Source: the human T2T-CHM13v2.0 reference genome, Homo sapiens
NCBI RefSeq assembly: GCF_009914755.1
Contig: NC_060931.1
DNA length: 64,000 nucleotides
Strand: one strand, 5' to 3'
Part shown: positions 1 through 18,039 of the stretch, in pieces
Position numbering within the stretch: position 1 is the stretch's first letter
Layout of the letters: the number at the start of each line of letters is the position of its first letter
Notes under the pieces: generated by a model
Told to the model about the DNA's origin: nothing
What the model saw: only the letters and a program-made list of their open reading frames with translations
The model's database searches: none
Program-made: the position numbers and the translations under genes

Positions 1-988
1 AAATATTAATTCTGCACGTGTCTGTGCTGGTGTTTTCAGAAGAGATTAGCATTTGAATGGGTTAACTCGCCCAGCTGAGTTATTCTTTTTTTGTGTGTGT
101 AGAGACAGGGGTCTTGCTCTGTTGCCCAGGCTGGTCTCAAACTCCTGGCCTCAAGCAATTCTCTGGCCTTGTTCACCCAAAATGCTGGGATGACAGGTGT
201 GAGCCACTGCATCCAGCCCTTTAAAGAAGGCTTTAAAGGACCTGAAGATGTTTAGTCTAAAAAAAAAAAGAAAAAGAAAAAAGACTGGGGCTGAGAGAGC
301 CCTTTCTTCAGATACCTGAAAAGATGCTCTTACAAGGACCATTAAGGCTCAAGATAAGGAACAGCCTTGTGTCCGGCCAAGCTTTTCCACTGTGGAGCAG
401 GCTGCTTTTCCACTGTGAGCTTTTGTCCCTGGAAGCAAGGCCCTGGGGGACCACCTGCAGGGTGCCGGGAGCACTGGGATCTGCCTGCCCTATTTCAGGT
501 TGTCCATGCATGCATTCATTCCTGTGATATGGATGGGATTCCCATTGCCCGGTGTTGGGGTTCGAATATTACACAAGATCCAGCCCTAGCCCTCAAAGAA
601 AGGAGAAGGCAGTAGGTGCTCTGATGGGGTGAGAGTGTCCATGAGGGGCCCTGTTCTGACTTGGGTGAGTAGAGTGATATCTACGACCAAGCTCAAAAGC
701 ACAAGCACTTTCAGCCGAGCTGAATACATCTAATGCATCTGTGGGTCTGTGTGTGTTGGGGACAAGGATGAGGAGAGAATCTGGGACCACGCTAGACATG
801 GATGGAAAATACAACCAGAATGTAGCAAGTGAGAAGGGCTGGTGGAAACTCCTTCTCTCAGGGCCCAGACCAGGGGGAGGATTGTGAGCCCGGGGAACCT
901 GTCTTTATTTCAACTTCTGACATTTTGCTCACCGTGGATTTTCTGCATGATTTTTGATTTATTAAACATTGCATCAAAATACTATTTA

Positions 989-1315
<327 letters not shown>

Positions 1316-2449
1316 TTAGTTCTAGGGGGTGCTTAAATGTGGTTCACAGAGAATGGCACTGGGAAGGTGTCAGTGAAGAAAACATAGTCCCTGCCATTCT
1401 CACTCGCCATGTCCCAGGCACAGCCCGGCTGTGGGTTGGGAAGGTTTCCCAATATGGAACACTCTAGTGCAATGTGGGGAGTTTGCATCATAAAATCATA
1501 GGATGGGGCTTCAAATCATGGCCTGCCTAACCTGACCCCCTGCAAAGGGGCAGACTGAGGCTACGCAGTTTGTCCTGGGGGCCGGGATAGCTCTCCTGTC
1601 GGCTGATGGCTTGGGGAGGATTCTCCCGAAGTCCTTATTCAGAAGCAAACTTCTTTTACCAGGCAGGGAGTGTTAAAGGGAAATGTGGCCGAGGAAATGA
1701 ATGCGGCTGTCAGTATTTACCGGCTCATTATTTATTTATTTATGTAGGGGATTTCTGTTCTCTCTGCTAATCTTCATATAACATGCCTCATTGCCCTCTG
1801 AGGGCCCCGAGAGGATCCTCGCAGCATTTGTAGGGTGGAATTTGTTCTTGAAGCTCTGTTTCTGGTTGCTCATTCCTCGCTTCCTTGCAAATACCAGAGA
1901 GGAAATGAGTCATCTCAGAGACAAGCCTCTCACTCATTCCTACCAGCTGCTGGCAAATCCAAGGCGTAATTGGCATTTGCAGGTAGGGTCCAAAGGAAAA
2001 AGCACATTTTTTTGCTTTCAGTTTGAAGTCATGTGCTCAGTGACATCAAGCATTGAGAAGGGAGCCAGCCCCGGGCAAGGCAGAGACAAAGGGGGTTGGG
2101 GAGCTTGGGTGGAGGGCCCAAGGGCCCAGCCCATGCCCACACACATGGTGTGACTGGCCTCCTGTCTATTAAACTCTCTCTACTACAATACTGTGGTCTT
2201 TCTTTATGCAGTGGGCAGGAAGAACCCCTCGGGCAGTGACATCTCTCAAATATTGTACATTGTATTCGACAGGTAATCTTGCAACCCTCAGCCCCCTCCT
2301 TCCCTCCCCCTTTTTGGAGTCTCCAGTGTCTATTACTTCCATCTTTCTGTCCATGTGCAATTGGTAGAATTTAGACCTCCTAAGGGCCGTGTGGAGCCAC
2401 TGAAGATGGGGAGTGCCATGGTCAGATTTGCACTTTTGGGGGGTCCGTT

Positions 2450-3678
<1,229 letters not shown>

Positions 3679-3742
3679 CATTATATTTGTATGTATTTAT
3701 GGGGTACATGGGAAATTTTGTTACCTGCATAGAATGTGTAAT

Positions 3743-4275
3743 TGTTACCAGAAAGGGGTCCTGATCCAGACCCCAAGAGAAGGTTCTTGGATCTCATGAA
3801 AGAAAGAATTCAGGGCGAGTCCATAGAGTAAAGTGAAAGCAAGTTTATTAAAGGAATAAAGAATGGTTACTCCATAGGCAGGGCTGCTGGTTGCCCATTT
3901 TTATGGTTATTTCTTGATGATATGCTAAACAAGAGGTGGATTATTCATGCCTCCCCTTTTTAGACCATATAGGGTAACTTCCTGACGTTGCCATGGCATT
4001 TGTAAACTGTCATGGCGCTGGTGGGAGTGTAGCAGTGAGGACGACCAGAGGTCACTCTCGTCACCATCTTGGTTTTGGTGTGTTTTGGCCAGCTTCTTTA
4101 CTGCAGCCTGTTTTATCAGCAAGGTCTTCATGACCTGTATCTTGTGCCAACCTCCTGTCTCATCCTGTGACTAAGAATGCCTCAACCTCCTGGGAAGGCA
4201 GCCCAGTGGGTCTCAGCCTTATTTTACCCAGCCCCTATTCAAGATGGAGTCACTCTGGTTCAAACGCCTCTGACA
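3743..4275 (-). mobile_element. MER41A-type solo LTR inserted into an old L1M 3' end
   Basis: Ends ...TGGTTCAAACGCCTCTGACA (MER41 5' end, reversed); 4-bp TSD TAAT; lacks the GAS-containing block; L1 sequence continues on both sides (~3680-3742, ~4276-4400). Confidence 0.88.
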
Positions 4276-5302
4276 TAATGATCAAGTCAGGCCATTTGGG
4301 GTATATCCATCATCTGAGTATTTATCTTTTCTATGTATTGGGTACATTTCAAGTTCTTTCTTCTAGCTATTTTGAAATGTGCAATACATTGTTGTTCACT
4401 ATACTCTGTGCTTTAAAATCTTGCTGCAGAAGAGATGTGGCTCATAGCTAGAAGCAGGGAGTGGGGGACACAGGGAGACTATTAGAACACTGCAGTTCTC
4501 TGGGGAAGATGGTGGACTTGGGAAGAGGCAGTGGGGACAGGTGGGATAGGCTCCCAAGGAAGGAGGATGGACAGATCCAACACATAGGGGAAGGGCCACA
4601 TCTCCCCTGTAACAGGAGGGTAGGTGGGAATCTGGTTCAGGTGGAGGCAAACTGGTTTGGCAACAGAGGACTGAGTGACTTCCCACTGGGTGGTTTCCGT
4701 TTGCTCCAGTAAATAGCAGGCGACGTCATCAGCTGAAAGTGAGAAGTGGTTGGAGATCTGAGAACAGGGAAGACTGAAATAGCTGCAGTGAAGACCCAAG
4801 AAGGAGTTTTCCGGGTAGACTTAGCAGGCTTCTCTGGCTGTATCAAGTGACCAGTTTAGGTTTGAGGACATACATTGATAGTGACAACTCTGTGTGCCTG
4901 TACATTTTTCTCCAGTCTTATTCAGTCGTTGGGATATTGGTCCAGAAAATGCAGGTGGTTGGTTCAATCCCAGGTTGTGGTTTTGCCATGTGAGTGCAGT
5001 GATAGGTCAGTGGTACAAGAGGTAAAACAGTAAGAGGGTGTGGAAGTGATGGAGAACAGACTGTAAGCTGGGGACGAAAAGAAGAGAAATGCATAGCAAA
5101 AATAGAGGAGTAGTGTCTGCAGATGGCCAGGATTCAAATCCCAGCTCAACCTGGGATGGAGTCGGATGACTTAGAGCTATTTTTTCTTTAACTCTCTGTG
5201 CCTCAGTTTCTTCATCTGTAAAATGGGCAGCACAGTAGCACATAACTCATCATGTTATTACGTGATCGAATTAACAAGGAGTTAATAAATGTAAAGTGCT
5301 GA

Positions 5303-5658
<356 letters not shown>

Positions 5659-5972
5659 ATTTTTTTTTTTTTTTAGCCATCAAGTAGCCTGAGGGCTTCC
5701 CTCCAAATAGGTTTAGTGGGAGTAAGTGAATGAGAGAACCAGAAGAACAGAAGCCTGAGGTCAGAGTGAGATGTCCCAAATGGGGCCAGGATGGAACCAT
5801 GGGAACAGGGGCTTGCCAGGGAGGGTGAGGGTCAGTCGAGATAGGGAGTTTGGGACATAGCTCAGCACTGACTTGGTAGATGAGTCACAGGCTGGGATCT
5901 CCTGTACGCTGTCGCTGTGCTCAGCCAGCATGTCAGACCATCTGCTCCATCTGGTGAAGTGAGCAGTGCTAA

Positions 5973-6604
5973 TATTGCTGGAAAGGGGTCCCGATCCAGA
6001 GGCCAAGAGACGGTTCCTGGATCTTGCGCAAGAAAGAATTCAGGGCAAGCCATAGAGTTAAGTGAAAGCAAGTTTATTAAGAAAGTAAAGGGTTAAAAGG
6101 ATGGCTACTCCATAGGTAGAGCAGTCCCAAAGGCTGCTGGTTGCCCATGTTTATGGTTATTTCTTGATGATATGCTAAACAAGAGGTGAGTTATTCATGA
6201 GTTTTCCAGGAAAGGAGTGGGCAATGCCCAGAACCGAGGGTTCCTCCCCTTTTTACACCATAGAGGGTAACTTCCTGACATTGCTGTGGCATTTGTAAAC
6301 TGTTATGGCATTGGTGGGAGTGTCTTTTAGCATGCTAATGCATTATAATTAGCATATAGTGAGCCTTGAGGAAGACCAGAGGTCACTCTCATCACCATCT
6401 TGGTTTTGGTGGATCTTGGCCAGCTTCTTTACCGCAACTGTTTTATCTGCAAGGTCTTTATGACCTGTATCTTGTGCCAACCTCCTATCTCATCCTGTCA
6501 CTAAGAACACCTAGCCTCCTGGGAATGCAGCCCAGTAGGTCTCAGCTTTATCTTACCCATCCCCTATTCAAGATGGAGTTGCTCTGGTTCAAATCCCTCT
6601 GACA
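5973..6604 (-). mobile_element. MER41B-type solo LTR
   Basis: Homologous to 3743-4275 but longer; 4-bp TSD CTAA; contains the block AGTTTTCCAGGAAAGGAGTGGGCAATGCCCAGAACCGAGGG. Confidence 0.88.
6204..6212. promoter_or_regulatory. Candidate STAT1 GAS site TTCCAGGAA within MER41B
   Basis: Matches TTCNNNGAA at the position where MER41B carries tandem GAS motifs; the second motif (6225-6233) is degenerate (TGCCCAGAA). Confidence 0.45.
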
Positions 6605-6973
6605 CTAATATCAAGTCTTAGAGTGGTAGATGAAGAAAAGAGGCTGTCCCTCCCCTGGAAGGTTAGGAAAGGGCTTCTGGAAGAGGGTCCCTGGGCCTTG
6701 AAAAGAGGGTGGGATGTGGACGAAAAGGGCATCCCGATACAGACACGGCATGGGTAGTCCTTGAGGTTAGAATGGACGGAGAAGCATGCAGTGAAGTCTA
6801 ATGTGGATGGCTGGGGAGGTGAGTCTGAGAGTGTAGGTTTATCAAGGTCTAATCAGACAGGTCTTTTGGTATTCTGGTTTTAGCACCTGCCATCCAAAGA
6901 GTAGGTGAGGCCTCTAAGTCTGGATTCTGCATACTGCGATCCATGACGTTAGGTAGGTGGACAGTGCTGTTTC

Positions 6974-7428
6974 ATTATGTTAAATGAAACAAGCCAGACA
7001 CAGAAAGGCAAACATCGCATGGTCTCACTTATTTGTGGGATCTAAGAATTAAAACAATTGAACACATGGACACAGAGAGTAGGATGGTTATCAGAGGCTG
7101 GGAAGGGTAGTGGGGGGTTGTGCAGGGGAGATAAGGATGGTTAATGGGTAAAAAATAAAAAATAAAAAGAATGAATAAGACCTACTATTGGATAGCACGA
7201 CAGGGTGACTATAGTCTATAACAACTCAATTGCATTTTAAGATAACTAAAAGAGTTTAATTAGATTGTTTGTAACACAAAGGATAAATGCTTGAGGGGGG
7301 ATGAATACCCCATTCTCCATGATGGGATTATTATGCGTTACATGCCTGTGTCAAAACGTCTCGTGTACCCCATAAATATATACAGCTACTGTGTACCCAC
7401 AAAAATTAACATTTGTTTGAAAAAAAAG
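6974..7428 (+). mobile_element. L1MA-type 3' end fragment
   Basis: CATTATGTTAAATGAAACAAGCCAGACACAGAAAG...TACCCACAAAAATT followed by an A tail; typical L1 3'UTR. Confidence 0.8.
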
Positions 7429-9546
7429 GAGTCAACAGATAAAAACCATTTGAGGAGACTTGAATGGCACTTGGTGATTTGATGAGACCCTCTGTCCTGT
7501 CTAACTGATCTGCACTCTCTTGTTCGGTGTTCACACTTAAGAGAAATGTAACCATCTGTGGAGGCCCCATCTTCTCCTCCTAGGTGATCTGGGCTGTGCC
7601 TACTGGTGTCCCAGAGATGACAGCTGTCCATCATCCTCTTTGGCTGGTGTCTCTATTTTGCCTTCAGAGGTTCTGACACTGAGCGATTGCACGAGGAGGG
7701 CTGTGGGGAGGGCTCGCCTCCAGGGAGTGAAGCTGAACTCCCTGCTACCTCTGCCATGGAGATGAATAATTGTGAACGGCCCGGGAAACATTTAAACCCA
7801 CCTAAACCATAGCACACAACCGAAAGCAGCAAGCAGGGAATGCTTTAAGCTGTTAAATGCTGTGCGAACATGCACAAAATCCTATTATCTACTGTATATA
7901 TTGAAAAGCTAAAAACAGCAAACTTTCTGAGGTTCATAAAGCATTGTTCTTGGTTGCAACTTGGAGATTTCCATTATTGCTTTGGCTGTTGGAACCTTTA
8001 GGTAATCTCTTTCAGAGGGGGGTGAGCTCTGACAAGGCAAAGGAGAGGATGGTTGATTGCGGGAAGATCGCAGCCCATGAATATATCTCCAGCACCATTT
8101 GCTCTGAATAAGGATAATCATTTCTCGCAATCTGGAAACCATGTTATTTAGAAAATTAGGGTAAGTGCAAAACAAAGCAAGAGTGGGGAAAAAAACAACG
8201 TTCATCTTAGAATATCAGGATGCCGACAAAATGATAAATCATGCACCATTTTTTCCAATAAGATTTGCATGAGTGTGATTTCTCATGGTTACTATTCCAC
8301 TCCAGTATTGATGGTAAATTTTTAAATCCATCATTTAATATGGTCCCTTTGCAAGAAAGAAAAGATCAAGATATCCACGGAGACTTCTTATTGCTAATGA
8401 AAATCAAGCACCTCTTTGGTTCGATTTTCCCTCTTGTAAAACTTGTATTTGCAGGAAGATTTTTTTGTAAGTCTCTTGAAATCTGCATTCTACATTTTTT
8501 TTTTAGATGATGGCTGGCCATAGCTCCACACCAGGGGCTCTTGGCTTGGAATCCACTCATCTCCAAGGAGTCTGTGATCATATCTGAGTCTGTAAACTTG
8601 GTCAGAAATATAAAATACATGTTGATGTTTCCCTAATCTCTAACTGATATTAGTGTTTGTTTCTTTAATGAATGTAGGCTAGACATTTTTATATTACATT
8701 CTAGTTGTTGTGGCTATCTTGAAATACTTAAATATCCTCTTGACTACTCTCAAATTTATAGTAGTTAGTAAACCAAACAGTAGATCTTGTTATTTAAGGT
8801 GCTAAAGAAGCACATAGGTTATATCATATTTTAAAAAAACCAATAACTATATTTCAACATAGTTAGTCTTTAGTAATCCTGTGCATTTTGTTTAATTTGA
8901 TGCACTTAAATACATTATTTTCTGTAATTCCAGCTACTTGAGAGGCTTACCCAGGAGGATCACTTGACCCCAGGAGTTTAAGACCAGCCTGGGCAACATA
9001 GCAAGACCCCATCTCAAAAAAAAAAAAACTAAACTAAAAACATTATTCCGAGAAGGGATCCACAGTTTTCACCAGATGCCAAAAGTGTCTGCAGCACAGA
9101 GCTTTAAGAATCTTTAGCTGGTTTCTGACAGTTAGATTCCCTAACTGTGATAAAATGCAGATTCTGAGGCCCCTCCCAAAGCCTGCTATATCAGAACCTC
9201 AAGGAATGGGATATAGACATGGATGTTTATCAGAAGCTCCCCCAGGGAGCTGGGATGCAACCAGCCCAGACCAGAGGTCTGTCATTGGGAACCTGTGGCT
9301 TAGGTTATCTGTATCCCAATAACCATGATCTCAGGACATAGGGGTTGGTAGACTTGGTCATAGAAAAACAAAGTCTTCTTACACTTCTTGGGGTATATGT
9401 GGTGGGAAAGAGAACAGAGGTTAAGCAGACCCACGTTTTGAATGAATTTGGTCACATAACTTAATAGGTGTGTGTCTTGGGCATTGTTGACCTTCATTTC
9501 CTCATCTGTAACTCGGGAATTATAGAAGGACCTACCTAATGGGCTT

Positions 9547-9905
9547 TGTCTTAGTCTGTTTGAGCTGCTATAACAAAATACCATACACTAGGTAGCTGAT
9601 AAACAACAGAAATTGATTTCTCACAGTTCTAGAGATTGGGAAGTCCAAGATCAAGGCAGATTCTGTGTCTGGTAAGGGCCCACTTTCTGGCTCCTAGACA
9701 GTGCCGTCTTGCAATGTCCTCACGTAGTGGAAGGAGTGAGGGGTGGCTTGTTCCTCTTTCATAAGGGCACCAACCCTATTCACAAGAGCTCCACTCTGAG
9801 GACCTAATCACCTCCCAAAGACCCCCATCTCCTCATCCTGTCACCGAGAGGGTCAGGATTTGAACACATGAATTTTGGGGAGACATGGACATTCAATCCA
9901 TTCCA
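9547..9905 (-). mobile_element. MaLR solo LTR (MLT1A/MST type) inserted in a MIR
   Basis: TGTCTTAGTCTGTTTGAGCTGCTATAACAAAATACC...; near-TSD GGCTT/GGCCT; MIR core (CATTTCCTCATCTGTAA) on the left, MIR tail on the right. Confidence 0.8.
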
Positions 9906-10013
9906 GGCCTGTTGTAGGAATGAAATAAAATAATGCACAAATGAATATAGAGCACTTTGCAAAGTGTCCAACACACAGTAAGTGTTCAAGTCTTAGCTGC
10001 TGTGGATGGTGAG

Positions 10014-10044
10014 GATGCTGCTGCTGCTGATGATGATGATGATG
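10014..10044. repeat. Short (CTG)n(ATG)n compound triplet
   Basis: ATGCTGCTGCTGCTGATGATGATGATGATG. Confidence 0.85.
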
Positions 10045-10726
10045 TTCTTGATAGTAATGAGCTAGTCTAGTTAGCATTTCTGAGGCTAATGAGGGAACTG
10101 TGGTTATGGAATGACAGCAAGATCTGGCTTCCAAAGCTTGGTAGAGAATTTCGGCTGGAGGTTACAATGCAGCTGAGAGGCCCCATTGAAGCTGATCTCA
10201 GTGTCCCCAGCATCAGCTGTCCCCCCACTATGGGACAGGGCTGACATGTTACTGGGAACACGAGGCTGTCTGCTGATGCTCATTCAGTGATCCAGAAAGG
10301 GTACCATCATTCCTCCCTCTCCCAAATCTTGCATCTCATGAACCAGGCATCTCATTTTCCCAAAGAATGCTTCCCTTACAGCAGGCCAGAAAGCTATTGT
10401 CCTAGCCTGTGGAAACACCTAAAACACACTGGGGAGATGTGGACACTCAGCCCATTGCAGGCTTGTAAAAATGAAATAAAATAATGCATAAATGAATATA
10501 GAGCACTTTGCAAAGTATCTGACACTTAACCAGTGTTTTAAGTGTTTCAATGGGCAAGGACAATAGTTTTCTGAGAGGGGATTTTTAATGGCTCTCCAAA
10601 AGCAGGCCCCCAAGGTAAATAACAGAATGTGCTGCAGATTCATGGACAACCAACTCCTTCACATCCTTAGAGATGAAATTCTTTGAAGAAAGATTTTCCT
10701 TTACCAAAGCTCTTCTAGATTCTTGA

Positions 10727-11653
<927 letters not shown>

Positions 11654-12289
11654 CCCAGCCACACACCCCGGCATTTTTACAAAAGGGAAAAAGGGATGCA
11701 TTCAAGATAATACAATGACATTCCTATGTTTTCTCTGAGCCAGAGAGCAGAGAAACATTGTGGCTAAGGTGGCTTTCTTTCTGATCAAGGTTTCTGTGAA
11801 TGGGCAGTGTCCACACATGAATTCTGCCTAAAGGCTCTGTGGGAGCCAGGCTGCGAGCTGATTGCAGCAGCAGAAGGCAGCAGGTAGGAGATGACATTTT
11901 AGAATTGTTCAAACAGACCCCAGGCCTAGAAGATATGCCAGACACGGTGTTAGGAGAGAAAGAACAAAGCGACACCAGAAACAATCGTTTAAAAATTTAA
12001 AAGACCATTTCCCTTTATCAACTCCACAGCTGGCTACCATTCCAGTAAATTTCTAAAACATGAAACTGGCCCCAGCAGGGCAGAGAAGTGAATGGGATGG
12101 GGCAGGCCAGTGACATTTACAATCTCCAGGTGCGATATCCAGCTTTCCTGGAAGCTGAAAAATGAATTGTTTTCTGGGAGAGAAACAGAAATAAAAGTAT
12201 TGGTTGGTCATAACCTCGGGGAAGCCTCTTGTTTCTGGATACCTAATATTTATAAAAGAATAGGGTTCCTGTGTGCATTTTAAAACTCT

Positions 12290-12942
<653 letters not shown>

Positions 12943-13412
12943 AGTAAGTAAAATTCTACACATTACAAGTCAAAATAGCAGATGAAGAGTGCTGGGGGCA
13001 AGTCACTCTGGCTCCTGGAACAAGCAAACCTCCAAATCTCAGTGGCTTAGTATGGTAAAAATATGTTCCATGGTTGGCAGGTAGCCTTCCTGGTGGTCAT
13101 TCAGTGACTTTAGCTTCTTTAACACTGTGGCTCCTCCATCATCAACAGGTGGCTTCCAAGGTCTCCATGCAGTGGGAAAAAAGAGGATGGAGAATGCACA
13201 CTGGCTTTTCAACCACGGCAGGGTTGTGCTTTACTTAGACCCACATTTACTACTGAGAACAAATCTTACAGCCACATCTGTCTGCAGAAAAGGCTGGACT
13301 GGGTGTACTCAGGAGGCTCCTGGCCTTTGCCTGTAAGAATTAGGAGGCGCCAAAGCTGACACCAACTTTCTCCAGGTGTTATCATAAGTGGATTAGGTCT
13401 GTCCACAGATGG

Positions 13413-13778
13413 TGATATGGTTCGGTTCTATGTTGCCACTCAAATTTCATCTCGAATTGTAATACCCACATGTCATGGGAGGGACCTGGTGTGAGGTGAT
13501 TGGATCATGGGGCCAGTTTCCCCCATGTTGTCATTGTGATAGTGAGTGAGTTCTCACAAGATCTGATGGTTTTATAAGTGTTTGACAGTTCCTCCTACAC
13601 ACCCTCTCTCTCTCCTGCTGCCTTGTGAAGAAGTGCCTGCTTCCCTTTCCGCCATGATTGTAAGTTTCCTGAGGCTTCCCCAGCCATGCAGAACTCTGAG
13701 TCACTTAAACCTCTTTCCTTTATAAATTACCCAGTCTTGGGTAGTATCTTTATAGCAGTGTGAAAATGAACTATTACA
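13413..13778 (+). mobile_element. THE1 (THE1D-like) solo LTR
   Basis: TGATATGGTT...GAACTATTACA with perfect 5-bp TSD GATGG. Confidence 0.88.
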
Positions 13779-14917
13779 GATGGTTATAGGCCCAAGAAGA
13801 GTATCACTGGCTTTCTGTTCTGGGGAACAAAATAGAAGTTTCCATTCAATAAAAGGGACTGAGATTTGTCATTTCTTCAGTGTATAAGTACCTCCTCCAC
13901 TTCTAGGATCCTCTCCTGATCAAAGCCCTAATGTTTACATTTAAAAACCTGAAGAGGAGAAAACCTGACTTCAGTTGTGAAGTCAGCTGGTGGAGTAATT
14001 TACCAATTGGCAAATATCAAGCCTGCAGGCCCAATTTCACATAGACGGGTCATGTCATGGTTGTGAATGTCATTTTGTGCCTAGTCCTAAGTGAAATGGG
14101 ATCTGTATTTGTCTTTCCCTGGCTTTAAATTATCTGGTATCACCAGCAGCACTGACTGGCACCATGTCCTGGAATGTCTGATCTTTTGATGTGGCAATAT
14201 CTCCTCCCCTAAGGCCACCTCCCTCCCCAGGTTCCATCAGTCCATGACTAGACTTGGCATTTTGCCTCCAAGTTCCTAGGCTCTGATACACCATCGTGGA
14301 ACAGAGAACAGCATTTCTGCCCCTAACCTTACTGACGTTTTAACACCCATTTCAGAAACCCCGGATTTCCTGACTTCCATAGCTTCTAACCCAGCAGCTA
14401 GTCCCACACTTTTAAAAATTTAATTGATTTTATTTGCAGTTTATGCAAAAAGAAAAGGATGGGATGGAGCTCCAAGAAGGGTTCTGAGAACATTCTATGT
14501 TGAAGTAAGTAAGCAAAGGATAACCCAGCTCAGCATGGCAGGACCAGGGCTGTTCCTGGAGCACCAGCAGCCCCAGCCACAGGCCACCACCTTCCTCTGG
14601 GACTCAGCGTGTTTCTATCTCATGAGTAGAATGGAGAGTGGATTCACTCTGTTTAAATTTAATTTGTAGCTATTTTCTCACTCTCTATTCTCTTTGCCAA
14701 GCCTGAGAATGGAGTGCATGTTAGTTTATCAGATGTAGTTCCTTGCATGCATAAGTTCACAGAGGAATCACATGGGTCAGACCCCTCATCTTGGCTGTAA
14801 CAAAAGCAAGTGAGAGGCTGAACCCTCCTATGCTTGGACCATGCTTCTTTATGAGTTGCCTCCTGCCACAGACAGTATGTTTGGTGGCTTGGTCCCAAAA
14901 GGGGCATCCAAGTTTCC

Positions 14918-15540
<623 letters not shown>

Positions 15541-16442
15541 CAAATCTGCTATTTTTAAACAACGACAGGGATGGGGAGACAAGTTGGAGGCCTGAGAGCC
15601 TGCCCAGTTCCTCCTGCTCCTAAAGGAACTGGAGAGGAGTGTGAGTGACAGCTTCTCCTGTCCTCTGTTGATACCCTCCATTTTCAAGCCCCAGTGCCCC
15701 TAACTACTGGCACTGAGCAGGCAGGCTTTCAGGCAGAGGCCCCTCCAGGCCCTGGAAGCCCATGGCTCTGTTTTCTGCAAGCCTCTTACCTCTACCATTG
15801 CTTCTGTGTGCTGGAGTCCATGCTCTGTCCACTGTTCCTAGGGATGTCTGTGGCCATGAACACATCCCCATGGACCTCTGAGCAGTGCCCAGTAATCATA
15901 CACATTCTCCAAGCCTCTGTGAACCCACTGACACCACCTGACAGCAGTTCCACTCAAGGAAATCCTTCAGCTTGCTCTGCTTCCAGCCACTTAGGCCAGG
16001 CTGCAGTCCAGGTGTCTGGGGGGCCGTCTAGTGAGACAACAAGAGAGTCCTCACAGCCAGGCAGGGCAGGAAGCGGCCTGGCCCACCAACAGCCCACACC
16101 CATTGCGGGCTGTGCAACAGGGAAAAACAGAATGTGGACAGAGGGACACACAGTGAGCCTGTAACCCCTATGCCAACATCAGCAGCTACCACTTCCTCAC
16201 TTCCTCTGGGTCCTCACAGTCATTATCTCCAACCTGCCCCTCCCATGGGCCCACACAGAGGTGGTGGCACCGCTACCACTCAGGAAACAGTTCACTTCAC
16301 AGCTACACAGCTATTCTCTTGGCTAGTAAATAATAACTACTTTGGTTTTTCTCAGCATTTACTATCATGTTAATGAGTGTTCCATACATTATCTCATATT
16401 ACCTTCACAACAACCCTCAGATCAGCTGCTGTCATGAGCTAC

Positions 16443-16907
<465 letters not shown>

Positions 16908-17459
16908 CCTCAGCTGCGTTTTATGGCTAAGGAAACTGAAGATCAGGCATAAAAGTAGCTAGGCAACCGTGAGACCTAGCCTCAATTGTGGGCAACTCAG
17001 TAGTAATTGGCAATGACTTTGATTTCAACTCAACCAAGAGCCAGGATTTGAACCCAGTGCTGTGACTCCAGGACTATCTTTCTGTAATGTCATGCCATAC
17101 AATGAAATAACAAAAGGGTTTGTGGAAAGCATGAAGCCTTATGGGCCCCACATTGGTGCCCAGTTCTAGGTGATGTCTTTTAGGGTCCTCTTCATCCTCT
17201 TCCTCCCATCTGCAGGGATGGTTCTGCCCCCATTACCCAGCTGTCACCACTGGATCTCTCTCCATTTGCCAGCCCACCTGCCCTGACCTTGAGTCCTAAT
17301 CTCAGGCCCTTGGGCTTGGTGGCTTGCTGCAAGGTGCTTCTCAAGCTCTGCCGACAGTTGAGAGCTCTGTCCTGGCCCAGATCTCATGTTTGTGCACCAG
17401 ATCCAAGTTTTGTGACCTTGAGTGAGGGATTCTCACATCTCATGGGCCATTTTTTAGGA

Positions 17460-17782
17460 CCACCAGTTTCAATTTTCCATTGTGCCATAACACACCAATA
17501 CACCAAAACAGCAGGAGTTGCAGCAGAGAAAGATCATTGGTCAGCCAAATGAGGAGATGGGAGGAAACCTAAAATCTGCCTCCTCAAAAGGTTTGGGATG
17601 GAGTTTTCAGGGGGTTTTTAAGAGGATGGGCGATTGGCTAAAGTGTGGGGATTCCTGACTGGTTGAGAAGCAAGAGGATGAAGTCCTGGGACAGGAAGAT
17701 GAAGAAACTGTATGCCTGTCCTGAGTCAGTTCCTTGGTGGGGGTCTTCAGATTGGTTAGCCATTCTGCTGGAATTCAGGATT

Positions 17783-17822
<40 letters not shown>

Positions 17823-18039
17823 ACCTTAAGCAATTATTGGGTTAAAAGGTCCAGTGTTAGAGATTTTATCTATAGGAACAATGAGGGAGCAGGTAGTCAG
17901 TGTGCTACGTGACCCTTGAATAGTTAGCAACTGCAGGGAAGTGGATTAAAGTGCACCTGTGTACCCTGATCAATGTCTAACCATAATTCTGCCTAAAGCC
18001 TGGCTTGTAATTCTCGTTAACCCTATGAGGGCAATTTCA
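17460..18039 (-). mobile_element. Probable ERV1 LTR (subfamily uncertain) containing a (CA)n microsatellite
   Basis: LTR-like motifs GCAGCAGAGAAAGA..GAGGAGATGGGAGGAAACC..CTGAGTCAGTTCCTTGGTGGGG; ends ...GGCAATTTCA. Confidence 0.55.
17785..17823. repeat. (CA)n microsatellite
   Basis: Directly visible. Confidence 0.95.

Noticed and set aside
9853-10134. ORF with a poly-His/Gln run
   Set aside because: Comes from a short CTG/ATG microsatellite within MIR/LTR-derived sequence.
15694-16164. 156-aa ORF (likewise 29144-29632 and 29933-30436)
   Set aside because: No recognisable domain or splice support; length is compatible with chance.
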